NCBI GenBank assembly: GCA_025360745.1
Contig: JANYBP010000129.1
Span: 28,126-92,125 of the forward strand
Direction: 5' to 3'
Source of the DNA: a bacterium
GTDB lineage: Bacteria > Verrucomicrobiota > Kiritimatiellia > CAIKKV01 > CAIYGI01
Length of the DNA stretch: 64,000 nucleotides
The translations under genes were made by a program, and so were the position numbers. Below the pieces are notes generated by a model. That model was not told where the DNA came from, did no database searches, and saw only the letters and a list, made by a program, of their open reading frames with translations. Within the stretch, counting starts at the first letter, position 1. Every line of letters begins with the position of its first letter. Shown here piece by piece: positions 36,358 to 46,118 of the stretch.

Positions 36358-37818
36358 ATGTTGTTCCCGACGGTAAGTTTCGCGCTGTTTTTCCTGCTGG
36401 TACTGGGTTTGAACTGGGCGCTGATCCGGCGTCCGGCGCTCTGGGCCTGGTTTCTGCTGGCGTCGAGCTGGTTCTTCTACGGCTGGTGGGACTGGCGCTT
36501 CCTCGGTCTGCTGGCGGTCAGCACGATCGTCAACCACTGGGGCGGCGTATGGCTTTACCGCGCCCGCGGGGCGCGGGCGCGGAAGGTCTGGATCACCGGA
36601 TTGATCGTGTTCAATCTGGGCTTGCTGGGCTTCTTCAAATATTACGGCTTCTTTGTCCTGACCGCCTACCAACTGGCCGCCACTCTGGGTATCCCCTGTT
36701 CGCTGCCGCTGCTCAGCGTGACTTTGCCGATCGGCCTTTCGTTTTTCACCTTTCATGCGCTGAGTTATGTGATCGACATTTATCGCGGCGAAATGACGCC
36801 GGCCAAACGCATCGCGGGATTCGGCGCCTATTTGGCCTATTTTCCGCATCTGGTGGCCGGTCCGATCGTGCGCGCGGGCGACATCGTGCCGCAGATCGAG
36901 CACCCCCCCACGCGCCTGGAGCCGATCGATATCGGCCGGGCGGCCTGTCTGATCCTGGTGGGTATTTTCAAGAAGGTGGTGATCGCCAACGGCCTCTCCG
37001 CGCGCATGGCCGATCCCATCTTCGCCGGCGGCGCCATGCACAACGCACCCGACACGATTCTCGGCGTGTACGCCTATGCGGTGCAGATCTACTGCGACTT
37101 CTCGGCCTACTCGGATATCGCGATCGGGCTGGCGCTCCTGATGGGCCTGCGTTTCCCGATCAATTTCGACGCGCCCTATTTCTCGCTCTCGCTCCAGGAA
37201 TTCTGGCGTCGCTGGCACATTTCGCTCTCCTCCTGGCTGCGCGACTATCTATACGTGCCGCTGGGCGGCTCGCGCTGCGCCCACTGGAAGATCTATCGCA
37301 ATCTGATCGTCACCTTCCTGCTGGGCGGCCTGTGGCACGGCGCGGCCTGGACATTTGTGCTGTGGGGCGCGCTGCACGGCGTTTACCTGGCGTTGGAACG
37401 CATCCTGCAACCGGTCGTACGGAAGGCGGCGGCGTTTTTCGGCGTGGGGTCCGGACCGGGCGCGGGACGACGCTGGCCCACCTGGATCGCGCACGGGCTG
37501 GCGCGCTTGTGGCTGTTTCAAGTGGTATGTCTGGCGTGGATCTTTTTCCGCGCCCAGACCTGGGACGATGCCACCAAACTGCTGGGCGCGCTGACCGACT
37601 GGAAAGGGTCGGCGACGCTCTGGACGGGGATCAACCTCTCCGTGCTCGCGATCGGCTTCCTCTCCCAATTCCTGGACGGCCGGCGTATCGCCCGCGTCTG
37701 GGATGGGCTGGCGCGCCTGCCGCCGGTGCTCATCGGCTTGATCGCGGCGGTCGTGCTGACCGTGATCCTGGCCTTCGGACCCGAGGGCGTGGCGCCCTTC
37801 ATCTACTTCCAGTTCTGA
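36358..37818 (+). CDS. MBOAT-family membrane O-acyltransferase (AlgI/DltB-like)
   Basis: FFKYYGFF, SFFTFHALSYVIDIYRG, YLAYFPHLVAGPIVR, SLQEFWRRWHISLSSWLRDYLYVPLGG and GLWHGAAW (MBOAT catalytic His context). Confidence 0.9.
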   Translation: MLFPTVSFALFFLLVLGLNWALIRRPALWAWFLLASSWFFYGWWDWRFLGLLAVSTIVNHWGGVWLYRARGARARKVWITGLIVFNLGLLGFFKYYGFFVLTAYQLAATLGIPCSLPLLSVTLPIGLSFFTFHALSYVIDIYRGEMTPAKRIAGFGAYLAYFPHLVAGPIVRAGDIVPQIEHPPTRLEPIDIGRAACLILVGIFKKVVIANGLSARMADPIFAGGAMHNAPDTILGVYAYAVQIYCDFSAYSDIAIGLALLMGLRFPINFDAPYFSLSLQEFWRRWHISLSSWLRDYLYVPLGGSRCAHWKIYRNLIVTFLLGGLWHGAAWTFVLWGALHGVYLALERILQPVVRKAAAFFGVGSGPGAGRRWPTWIAHGLARLWLFQVVCLAWIFFRAQTWDDATKLLGALTDWKGSATLWTGINLSVLAIGFLSQFLDGRRIARVWDGLARLPPVLIGLIAAVVLTVILAFGPEGVAPFIYFQF

Positions 37819-37868
37819 GCCAATTACAAAGTTTGACAGACACGCGGGGGCCTTTACAATAGCGGTTC

Positions 37869-38168
37869 ATGGCGCATCCCAGTCAGCACGGCATGCAGAT
37901 CGGCGACGATCGCGCGGCGGCCCGCAAAGGCCTGCCGTTACGCTCGGCGCTGCTGGCGCTGGGCGTGTTTTATGTCGCCACGGGGCTGTTGAACGGTGTG
38001 CGGATTTACGAGGAGACGTCGCGGCTGCCGTACGGACGCTGGCGCACCGTCTGGCTGGCGGTGGCGTGGCCGCTCGACCGGCTGAGTGCAATGACCCGCC
38101 TGGACCGTCCACGCGCCTGGATGGAACGGAACCTGGCGCAAAAAGAGTCTGATCAGCATGCAAAATAA
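37869..38168 (+). CDS. Hypothetical small membrane protein
   Basis: 99-aa ORF with one hydrophobic helix (ALLALGVFYVATGLLNGV). It overlaps the next gene's start by 11 nt. No family recognised; it may be spurious. Confidence 0.3.
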   Translation: MAHPSQHGMQIGDDRAAARKGLPLRSALLALGVFYVATGLLNGVRIYEETSRLPYGRWRTVWLAVAWPLDRLSAMTRLDRPRAWMERNLAQKESDQHAK

Positions 38169-41100
38169 GCGGGCCGGACGGACAGTTTTCATTTTGGTCA
38201 TGACGCTATCCGTCATGACGGCCCTGGCGCAGACCAACGGCGGCACGGCGAACTCCTTTGCGCTTTCCACAAACGCGCTCCCGCCGCGACGGACCTCGAT
38301 GCTGGACGCCGCGATCATGACCAATCTGCTGGCCGCGGCCGCGCCCGCGGTTACGAACAAAGCCGACGAACAGGATACGCTGGAGACCAGTCTCGCCAAA
38401 AAGCGGATGTATTCCGGCATGATCCACGTCCAGGACAAGGAATACGCCAAAGCCGTGCCGGAACTGGAGCAGGCGATCAAGGAGGACCCGACGCTGGTCG
38501 GCGCGTGGGGCGCTCTGGGCTGGGCCTACTGGGGACTCGGGCGCAAGGACGAAGCGCAGCGCCTCTGGGAACGGTTGCAGCGCCTCGATCCGCGCGAACC
38601 GCTGGCCTTCAATCTGCTGGCGCAACTCGCCAACGCGCAGGGCGAGCTCGAAAAGGCCGGCGCGATGCTCAAGGCCAGCCTGGATTTGAACCCCGACCAG
38701 TACGAAGTGCGCTTCTGGTACGCCCAGAACATGCTCTGGCGCGGCCGTTCCGACCAGGCCATGCCGTTGCTGAAGCAACTGCTGGCCGAAAACTCCGACC
38801 GCATGGATGTGCGGATCGAACTGGCGCGCGCGCTGGGCGAACTGACGGAGTACGAGGAGGCCCTGAATAATTGGGCCAAGATCAACGACGCGATTCCCGA
38901 CAATCCCGACTACCTGATTCCCGAGGCGCAGTGCCTCTTCCGCATCGGCGAATTCCGCCAGGCCGAGACCGCCGCCGTGCATGTGCTCGATCTGGCGCCC
39001 GAGAATCTCAAGGCGCTCAACCTGCTGGGGGATATCGCCGAGTACAGCAATAATCCGGAGCGCGCCATCAAGGCCTTGAACAAACTGGTGGAGCGCACCG
39101 ACAACAAGGTTTTCCGCAACCGCCTTTACCTGCGGATGTCCAACCTGCAAAAGGCCCTGTCGGCCCAGGATCCGGTCAAGTATCCCATCGCGGACGCCGT
39201 TACGAGCGCCCAAAAGGCGCTGGACGACGACCCGCGCTACATTAGCGGACGGCTTTACCTGGGCGAGCTTTACATCGTCGCCCGCCGTTACGGCGACGCC
39301 GAGGAAGTTTTCAAATCGGTCTTGAAGGACTTCAACCCCAACAGCCAGCGGGCCAAAATCGGACTGATCGAATATTATCTGGCGACCGGCCGCTTCGAAG
39401 ATTGCGAGCGCATGATTCTCGACAACTATCGTAACTTCGATCCTTCCGATCCCTACCGGCATGTGTACATGGCCCGCCTGGATTTCGCCCGTGGCCAGTT
39501 TTTCGAAGCCATGCGGGAGTTGGACCTGCTTGAGGCGGAAGGCCTGCGGGGCGCGATCTTCACGACGCTCTATCACGGCTTGTCCACCAGCGAGTGGGAT
39601 CCCGTGCTTTCGACGCGGCGTTTCCGGGAACATATTCTTGCGCTCAAGCGGGCGGGTTACAAATTCGTCTCCGCCGACCGGATTCCCGCCTATTTCAAGT
39701 CGCACAAGGCCCCCGAATTGCCAGTCGGCAAGCCCTGGCTGTACCGCATGTTCCGGTCGCTGGAATACGATTTCACCGGCAAGGAGACGCCGACGCTGCC
39801 GGATCTGAGCATGTACAGCCCGGACAAGGTCGCCTGCATCACCTTCGACGATGCCCTGCGCGCCTCGATCCGTCTGGGCACGCCGGTGGCCGAAGAATTT
39901 CAGATATCGCTGACGATGCATATTCCGACGCACGACATCGACATGGGCCAGATCGGCATGGCCTCGTGGGAGGAATTGCTCCTGGCGTCGCAGTCGGGAT
40001 CGTGGGTCTTCGGTAGCCATCTGGTGGACCACGACCCGATTCCCGTGGATAAGAGCGGCTACCTCGGCTCCGAGATTTGCAACCGGGGTTGGGATGCCGG
40101 GCACAACCGCCTGGAGACGATGCGAAGCTGGTTCCTGCGCGTGCGCAAGGAATTCGCCGAAAGCCGGCGCACGATCGTCAAGCGTTTGGAACTGGACCAG
40201 GACGGTTGTAAATTCGTGGCCTATCCTTACGGCGATCTCGGACAGGAAACCGATTCCAATGTCGGCGAAACACGCACTGTGCGCGAGACGATCCTGAACC
40301 AGGCCTGCCTGAATTACAGCCACGGTTTCCTACAGAGCGCTTTCGGTCACGCCTGCGCGACCGACAATCCTCTGCTCTACCAGCGCTACGAGCCGGGGCG
40401 CCGGGAATCGGGGCCGCAAGTGGTCAAGCAGGCGCTGGAAAACCACCCCGTCATGCTGGCCCGCCGCCTGCGCGCCGAGATGGCGGCCCTGCAGGGCAAG
40501 CCCTACCTGGCCAATAAAATGCTCGAAATTCTGGAACGCGACGGTTATCCCGACGAATCGTTGCGCGAACTGGAAAAATATGTGCGCGAGCGTCTCTCCA
40601 ACCAGATCTCCGCGACGGAAAACCCGGCCACCGACAGGACCACCAAGGACAAGACGGGGCTGGAATTGAGCCAGCCCTACCTGGGCGCGGAAATCCAGCA
40701 AACGCGCGCCAACAATCAGATTTCGCAATGGGAACTGAGTTTCAATGGCGGACTGAACCTGACCCCACACCTGCTCGTGGATGCCCGCTATGGATTTGGC
40801 AACATTAAACAAACCTTCACCTCGAACGTCTGGTCCGAGGTCACGCGCACCAAGGTGACCAACGAACGACAAGTGACTTCGACCACCGAAAACGGCTCGA
40901 ACACCGTATCCGACGCGACCACCACCACCTATTCCGACGAAACCGTCACCACCAACCGCAAGTACAAGTCCACCTACCAGGCGGATACGACATTTTACGG
41001 ACTGCGCGCCGACTATCGTTTCCAGGATGGAACGGTCTTCACGGCGAACCTCGGCCAGCGCACGCTCAGCGGCGCCGACGATCAAAGCGCCGACGGCAGC

Positions 41101-41766
41101 GAGTACGTCTTCGGCGGCGCCCTGCAATGGAAGCCCTTCCTGGCGCTCGACGCCATGCTCCAGTATCAACATGAAGTTGTGCCGTCGGCCCGCAAACTGA
41201 TCAGCTATGACCTGGGTGGACTGTCCGTGGCCTACCGCGCCGAGGACTGGTGGGATCTGACCGGATCGGCCCAGTACTCCTTCTACGAGGACGATAATTC
41301 CGTGCTGCAGTTGAACGGGCGTACGATGTGGCTGGTGGCCGAGCGGCAGAACATCTACCTGGGCGCCGAAGCCGCTTTCATCACGGTAAATCAGGCCAGC
41401 GACTATTACTGGTCCCCGTATTGGGAAGAGCGCTATTACCTGGTCGCGCGCATCGTGACCGCGCGTCCGAATTTTTCCGCCTCCGCCGAGGCCAAGCTCG
41501 GCGAGGTGCATGACAAGGCGCGACCGGCGGACGTGGATGCCTATAACGCGCTCAAGGCGCAGGCCACGCCCCCGGCGCAGTCCCAGAATCAGGCCTGGTA
41601 TCCCGGCCCGAATCCGCAGCAAGGCTGGTCGCCTTCGGTGGGTCTGAGCGGCACGCTGCGCCGCCGCTGGGGGCAACATTGGGAAATCTTCGGCGATGCC
41701 GGCATTACCTTCCTGAACGATTACTCGGAACACAATCTGGACGCCGGCGCGATCTATCATTTCTAA
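38158..41766 (+). CDS. TPR + CE4 polysaccharide deacetylase + C-terminal outer-membrane beta-barrel fusion protein (PgaA/PgaB-like), paralog 1
   Basis: Signal peptide. About 400 aa of TPR. NodB motifs CITFDDALRAS, GSHLVDHDP and VAYPYGDLGQ. The Ser/Thr/Tyr/Gly-rich alternating C-terminal ~400 aa ends in AGAIYHF, with the terminal aromatic residue typical of OMPs. Confidence 0.75.
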   Translation: MQNKRAGRTVFILVMTLSVMTALAQTNGGTANSFALSTNALPPRRTSMLDAAIMTNLLAAAAPAVTNKADEQDTLETSLAKKRMYSGMIHVQDKEYAKAVPELEQAIKEDPTLVGAWGALGWAYWGLGRKDEAQRLWERLQRLDPREPLAFNLLAQLANAQGELEKAGAMLKASLDLNPDQYEVRFWYAQNMLWRGRSDQAMPLLKQLLAENSDRMDVRIELARALGELTEYEEALNNWAKINDAIPDNPDYLIPEAQCLFRIGEFRQAETAAVHVLDLAPENLKALNLLGDIAEYSNNPERAIKALNKLVERTDNKVFRNRLYLRMSNLQKALSAQDPVKYPIADAVTSAQKALDDDPRYISGRLYLGELYIVARRYGDAEEVFKSVLKDFNPNSQRAKIGLIEYYLATGRFEDCERMILDNYRNFDPSDPYRHVYMARLDFARGQFFEAMRELDLLEAEGLRGAIFTTLYHGLSTSEWDPVLSTRRFREHILALKRAGYKFVSADRIPAYFKSHKAPELPVGKPWLYRMFRSLEYDFTGKETPTLPDLSMYSPDKVACITFDDALRASIRLGTPVAEEFQISLTMHIPTHDIDMGQIGMASWEELLLASQSGSWVFGSHLVDHDPIPVDKSGYLGSEICNRGWDAGHNRLETMRSWFLRVRKEFAESRRTIVKRLELDQDGCKFVAYPYGDLGQETDSNVGETRTVRETILNQACLNYSHGFLQSAFGHACATDNPLLYQRYEPGRRESGPQVVKQALENHPVMLARRLRAEMAALQGKPYLANKMLEILERDGYPDESLRELEKYVRERLSNQISATENPATDRTTKDKTGLELSQPYLGAEIQQTRANNQISQWELSFNGGLNLTPHLLVDARYGFGNIKQTFTSNVWSEVTRTKVTNERQVTSTTENGSNTVSDATTTTYSDETVTTNRKYKSTYQADTTFYGLRADYRFQDGTVFTANLGQRTLSGADDQSADGSEYVFGGALQWKPFLALDAMLQYQHEVVPSARKLISYDLGGLSVAYRAEDWWDLTGSAQYSFYEDDNSVLQLNGRTMWLVAERQNIYLGAEAAFITVNQASDYYWSPYWEERYYLVARIVTARPNFSASAEAKLGEVHDKARPADVDAYNALKAQATPPAQSQNQAWYPGPNPQQGWSPSVGLSGTLRRRWGQHWEIFGDAGITFLNDYSEHNLDAGAIYHF

Positions 41767-41775
41767 AGGAGCATC

Positions 41776-42513
41776 ATGCAAAAAAGCGGGCTTGTCAGGA
41801 CAGTGCTGGTATTGGTCGCGGCGGGAATGAGTGTAACGGCGACGGCGGCCGCGCCCGCCACAAACGCGGCCGCGCCGCGGCGGGTTTTGATTCTGGGCGA
41901 CTCGATGATGCAACTGTTGTCGCATTCCCTGGAGCGCGAACTGGCCAGGCGTCCGGGAGTGACAGCCACCACCTTCACATCGCTGGCCTCCGGACTGGCG
42001 CGGTTGGATGCCTTCGACTGGCTCGGCAAGATGCGGAGCGCGATGGGCGAAGCCAAGCCCGACACCGTGATCGTCGGTCTGGGCACCAACGACAAGCAGG
42101 CGCTGCAGGCGGAAGGCAGCGCCGTTGTGCAACCGGGCGATCCGGCCTGGAACAAAGAGTACGCGCGGCGGGTGGGCGAGGCCATGGACATCCTGGTGAA
42201 CGGTGGCGCCCGGCAGGTGATTTGGATGGAACTGCCCGACATGCGGGACGAGCGGCATCAGGCCGACGCGCTGGAAATCAACGCCATTCTCCGCCAGGAG
42301 GCCAAACTGCGTCCGGCGATCCGTATTTTCGACACCAAGGCTCTGCTTAGCCGCAAGCCCGGGACGTTCAGTCCCTACCTGATCGGCCGCAACGGCATGC
42401 CTTTGGCCGTGCGGGAGGGCGACGGTATTCATCTCAGCCGCGCGGGGGCCGATTTAACGGCCGCCAAACTGGTCTCCGAACTGGGCCTTGCCGACTTGGC
42501 GGTGAAACCATGA
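41776..42513 (+). CDS. SGNH/GDSL-type hydrolase (DUF459-like), secreted
   Basis: Signal peptide. Block I VLILGDSMM, block III GLGTNDK, block V GDGIHLS. ATGA-type overlap with the next gene (42510-42513). Confidence 0.75.
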   Translation: MQKSGLVRTVLVLVAAGMSVTATAAAPATNAAAPRRVLILGDSMMQLLSHSLERELARRPGVTATTFTSLASGLARLDAFDWLGKMRSAMGEAKPDTVIVGLGTNDKQALQAEGSAVVQPGDPAWNKEYARRVGEAMDILVNGGARQVIWMELPDMRDERHQADALEINAILRQEAKLRPAIRIFDTKALLSRKPGTFSPYLIGRNGMPLAVREGDGIHLSRAGADLTAAKLVSELGLADLAVKP

Positions 42514-45500
42514 AGATTGGGGCGCGGCAAACCTGGTCGCGGTTTGCGATGGCGATTGCCGTGAGCGGCGGCGGCCTGCTGGCCGGGACGACCCGCGCGG
42601 CGCTTCCGCCGCCGCGGGAGGCGACCACGGCGCGGACGGCGCCCGCCGTCGCGACCTTTGTGACCACCATGACCAACCTGCTGGCCTCGTCCGCGGCCAC
42701 CCTCACAAACAGCGTCAACGAGCACGATGTGCTGGAGACAACTCCCGCCAGGAAGCAGATGTACGCGGGCATGCTGCTCGTCCAGGACAAGGAATACGCC
42801 AAGGCCCTGCCGAAACTGGAGTTCGCGATCAAGGAAGACCCGGCACTGCTGGGCGCCTGGGAAGCCTTGGGCTGGGCCTACTGGAACCTGGGGCGCAAGG
42901 ATGAATCGCAACGCCTTTGGGAACGCCTACAACGTCTCGATCCGCGCGAACCGCTGGCCTACAATCTGCTCGCGCAACTGGCGAACTCGCGGGGCGATAT
43001 CGAAAAATCCGGCGCGTTGCTCAAGACCAGTCTGGATTTAAGGCCCGAGCAGTACGAAGCCCGCTACTGGTACGCCCAGAATCTGCTCTGGCGCGGCCAT
43101 TCCGACCAGGCGGCGCCGATGCTGCGGCAATTGCTCGTCGAAGATTCCGAACGCATCGATGTGCGGATCGAACTAGCGCGCGCGTTGACAGAACTGTTGG
43201 AGTACGAGGATGCGTTGGATCATTGGGCCAAGGTCAACGACGCGATTCCCGACAATCCCGATTATCTGATCCCCGAGGCGCAGTGCCTGCTCCGCATCGG
43301 CGAAATCCGCCAGGCCGAAACCAACGCCATGCGTGTGCTCGATATGGCGCCCGAGAATCTCAAGGCGCTGAACCTGCTGGTAGACATCGCCGAATACAGC
43401 AACGACCCGGAGGAGGCCGTCAAGGCCCTGGGCAAACTGGCGGAGCGGACCGACAACAAAATGTACCGCTGCCGGCTCCGTCTGCGGCTTTCCAACCTGC
43501 AAAAGACCATGTCCGTCAAGGAACCGCTCAAATTCCCAGTTTCCGAGGCCATTTCGAACGCTCGTAAGGGCTTGGACGACGACCCGCGCTACGTGAGCGG
43601 CCGGCTTTATCTGGGCGAACTTTACATCGCCGCCCGGCGTTATGGCGACGCCGAAGATACCTTTAAAACGGTATTGAAAGATTATAATGCCAACAGCCTG
43701 CGCGCCAAAATCGGGCTGATCGAATGTTATCTTGCGACCGCCCGTTTCGAGGATTGCGAGCGCATGATTCTCGACACCTACCGCAACTTCGATCCGATCA
43801 ATCCCTACCGGCACATGTACATGGCCCGGCTGGAGTTCGCCCGCGGCCAGTTTTTCGAGGCCCTGCGCGAGCTGGACCTGCTCGAGGCGGAAGGCCTGCG
43901 GGGCGCGGTGTTCACGACGCTCTATCACGGCTTGTCCACCAGCGAGTGGGAGCCCGTGATCTCGACGCGCCGTTTCCAGGAGCACATTCTGTCGCTTAAG
44001 CAGGCGGGGTATAAATTCATTTCCGCCGATCGGATTCCCGCCTATTTCGCGGCGCACAAGTCCCCCGAATTGCCCATCGGCAAGCCCTGGCTGTACCGCA
44101 TGATCCGGTCGCTGGAGTACGATTTCACCGGCAAGGAGGCGCCCGCGTTGCCGGATATGAGCCTGTACAGCCCGGACAAGGTCGCCTGCATCACCTTCGA
44201 CGACGCCTTGCGCGCCTCGATCCGGCTGGGCACGCCGGTGGCCGAAGAATTTCAGATACCGCTGTCGATGCATATTCCGACGCACGATATCGACGAGGGA
44301 CAGATCGGCATGGCCTCGTGGGACGAGTTGCGCCAGGCGGAACAGTCGGGATCGTGGGTTTTCGGCAGCCATCTGGTGGATCACGACCCGATTCCGGTGG
44401 ATAAGGGCAAATACGTCGGCACCGCGCTGGTCAACCGGGGCTGGGACGCCGAGCATAACCGGCTGGAGACGATGCGAAGCTGGTTCCTGCGCGTGCGGCG
44501 GGAGTTCGCCGAAAGCCGGCGCACGATCGTCAAGAAGCTGGATTTGGACGAAGACGGCTGCAAATTCGTGGCCTATCCCTACGGCGATATCGGGCAGGAA
44601 ACCGATTCCAATATCGAAGAAATACAAACCGTCCACGAGACGGTTCTGGACGAAGCCTACGTGCACTACACGCACGGCTTCGTGCAGAGCGTATTCGGCC
44701 ATGCCTGCGCGACCGACAACCCCCTGCTCTACCAACGCTACGAACCCGAGCACCAGCAATCGGGACCGGACCTGCTCAAGCAGGCGCTCGAAAACAACCC
44801 GGTCATGCTGGCGCGCCGCATGCGCGCCGAGATGGCCGCCCTGCAGGGCAAGCCCTACCTGGCCAACAAGATGCTGTCCATCCTGGAGCGCGACGGTTAT
44901 CCCGACGATTCGCTGCGCGAGTTATCGCAGTACATCCGCGAGCGCCTCTCCAACCAACTGGCCGCGACGCCCGAGGCCGCCACCGACAAGTCCACCAAGG
45001 ACAAGACGGGCCTGGAGTTGAGTCAGCCCTATCTGGGCGCCGAGATTCAGCAGATGCGCGCCAACGATCAGATTTCGGAATGGGAATTGACCTTGCGCGG
45101 CGGACTGAACCTGACCCCGCACCTGCTCGTCGACGCCCACTACGGAACCGGCAACATCAAGCAAACCTTCACCTCCAATGTCTGGTCCCAGGTCACGCGC
45201 ACCAAGGTGACGAACGAGCGGCAGGTGACGACGACCACCGAGAACGGCGTGACCACCTCGTCCGACTCGACCACGACCACCTTTGCCGACGAAACCACCA
45301 CCACCAACCGCAAGTACAAAACCAGCTATCAGGCGGACACGACGGTTTACGGTCTGCGCAGCGACTATCGTTTCCAGGACGGAACGCTCTTTTCGGCCAA
45401 CCTGGGCCAGCGCACGCTCAGCGGCGCCGATGAACAGAGCACCGACGGCAGCGAGCTTGTGTTCGGCATAGCCCTGCAATGGAAGCCCTTTCTGGCGGTG

Positions 45501-46118
45501 GATTCCATGCTCCAGTATCAGCACGACCTGGCGCCGTCGGCCCGCAAACCGATCGGCTACGATGCCGCCGGGTTGTCCGTGGCCTACCGCGCCGAGGACT
45601 GGTGGGATCTGAGCGGATCGGGCCAGTACTCTTTCTACGAGGACGACAATTCCGTGCTGCAGTTGAACGGGCGTTCGATGTGGCTGGTGTCCGAGCGGCG
45701 CAACCTCTATCTCGGCGTTGAAGCCTCGCTGATCACGGTGGCCCAGGCCAGCGACTACTACTGGTCCCCCTATTGGGAACAGCGTTATTACATCGTGGCG
45801 CGCATCGTGCGCACGCGCCCGAAATTCTTCGCCTCCGCCGAGGCCAAACTGGGCGAGGTGCATGACAGGGCGCGGCAGGCGGATGTGGATGCCTACAACA
45901 CGCTCAAGGCGCAGGCCACTCCGCCGGCGCTCTCCCAAAACCAGGCCTGGTATCCCGGTCCGAATCCGCAGCAGGGCTGGTCGCCTTCGATCGGGCTGAA
46001 CGGCACGCTGCGCCGCCGCTGGGGCCAACATTGGGAACTCTACGGCAACGCCGGCATCACCTTCCTGAACGACTACTCGGAACACAACCTCGACGCCGGC
46101 GCGATCTATTACTTCTGA
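42510..46118 (+). CDS. TPR + CE4 polysaccharide deacetylase + C-terminal beta-barrel fusion protein, paralog 2
   Basis: Same length (1202 aa) as paralog 1 and collinear with it. Roughly three quarters of residues are identical by eye in sampled stretches. Motifs CITFDDALRAS, GSHLVDHDP, VAYPYGDIGQ; ends AGAIYYF. Confidence 0.75.
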   Translation: MKIGARQTWSRFAMAIAVSGGGLLAGTTRAALPPPREATTARTAPAVATFVTTMTNLLASSAATLTNSVNEHDVLETTPARKQMYAGMLLVQDKEYAKALPKLEFAIKEDPALLGAWEALGWAYWNLGRKDESQRLWERLQRLDPREPLAYNLLAQLANSRGDIEKSGALLKTSLDLRPEQYEARYWYAQNLLWRGHSDQAAPMLRQLLVEDSERIDVRIELARALTELLEYEDALDHWAKVNDAIPDNPDYLIPEAQCLLRIGEIRQAETNAMRVLDMAPENLKALNLLVDIAEYSNDPEEAVKALGKLAERTDNKMYRCRLRLRLSNLQKTMSVKEPLKFPVSEAISNARKGLDDDPRYVSGRLYLGELYIAARRYGDAEDTFKTVLKDYNANSLRAKIGLIECYLATARFEDCERMILDTYRNFDPINPYRHMYMARLEFARGQFFEALRELDLLEAEGLRGAVFTTLYHGLSTSEWEPVISTRRFQEHILSLKQAGYKFISADRIPAYFAAHKSPELPIGKPWLYRMIRSLEYDFTGKEAPALPDMSLYSPDKVACITFDDALRASIRLGTPVAEEFQIPLSMHIPTHDIDEGQIGMASWDELRQAEQSGSWVFGSHLVDHDPIPVDKGKYVGTALVNRGWDAEHNRLETMRSWFLRVRREFAESRRTIVKKLDLDEDGCKFVAYPYGDIGQETDSNIEEIQTVHETVLDEAYVHYTHGFVQSVFGHACATDNPLLYQRYEPEHQQSGPDLLKQALENNPVMLARRMRAEMAALQGKPYLANKMLSILERDGYPDDSLRELSQYIRERLSNQLAATPEAATDKSTKDKTGLELSQPYLGAEIQQMRANDQISEWELTLRGGLNLTPHLLVDAHYGTGNIKQTFTSNVWSQVTRTKVTNERQVTTTTENGVTTSSDSTTTTFADETTTTNRKYKTSYQADTTVYGLRSDYRFQDGTLFSANLGQRTLSGADEQSTDGSELVFGIALQWKPFLAVDSMLQYQHDLAPSARKPIGYDAAGLSVAYRAEDWWDLSGSGQYSFYEDDNSVLQLNGRSMWLVSERRNLYLGVEASLITVAQASDYYWSPYWEQRYYIVARIVRTRPKFFASAEAKLGEVHDRARQADVDAYNTLKAQATPPALSQNQAWYPGPNPQQGWSPSIGLNGTLRRRWGQHWELYGNAGITFLNDYSEHNLDAGAIYYF

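Noticed and set aside
33793-37218. Minus-strand ORFs 33793..35361, 35240..36034 and 36238..37218 opposite the NDK-like, aminotransferase and MBOAT genes.
   Set aside because: They have no motifs and an Arg/His/Gly-rich composition. The + strand genes are unambiguous.
38206-46085. A series of long minus-strand ORFs (38206..40323, 40330..42432, 43173..44759, 44922..46085) opposite the two 1202-aa paralogs.
   Set aside because: They are mirror-frame artefacts. The + strand genes have signal peptides, TPR and NodB motifs and OMP termini, and the antisense translations are low-complexity.
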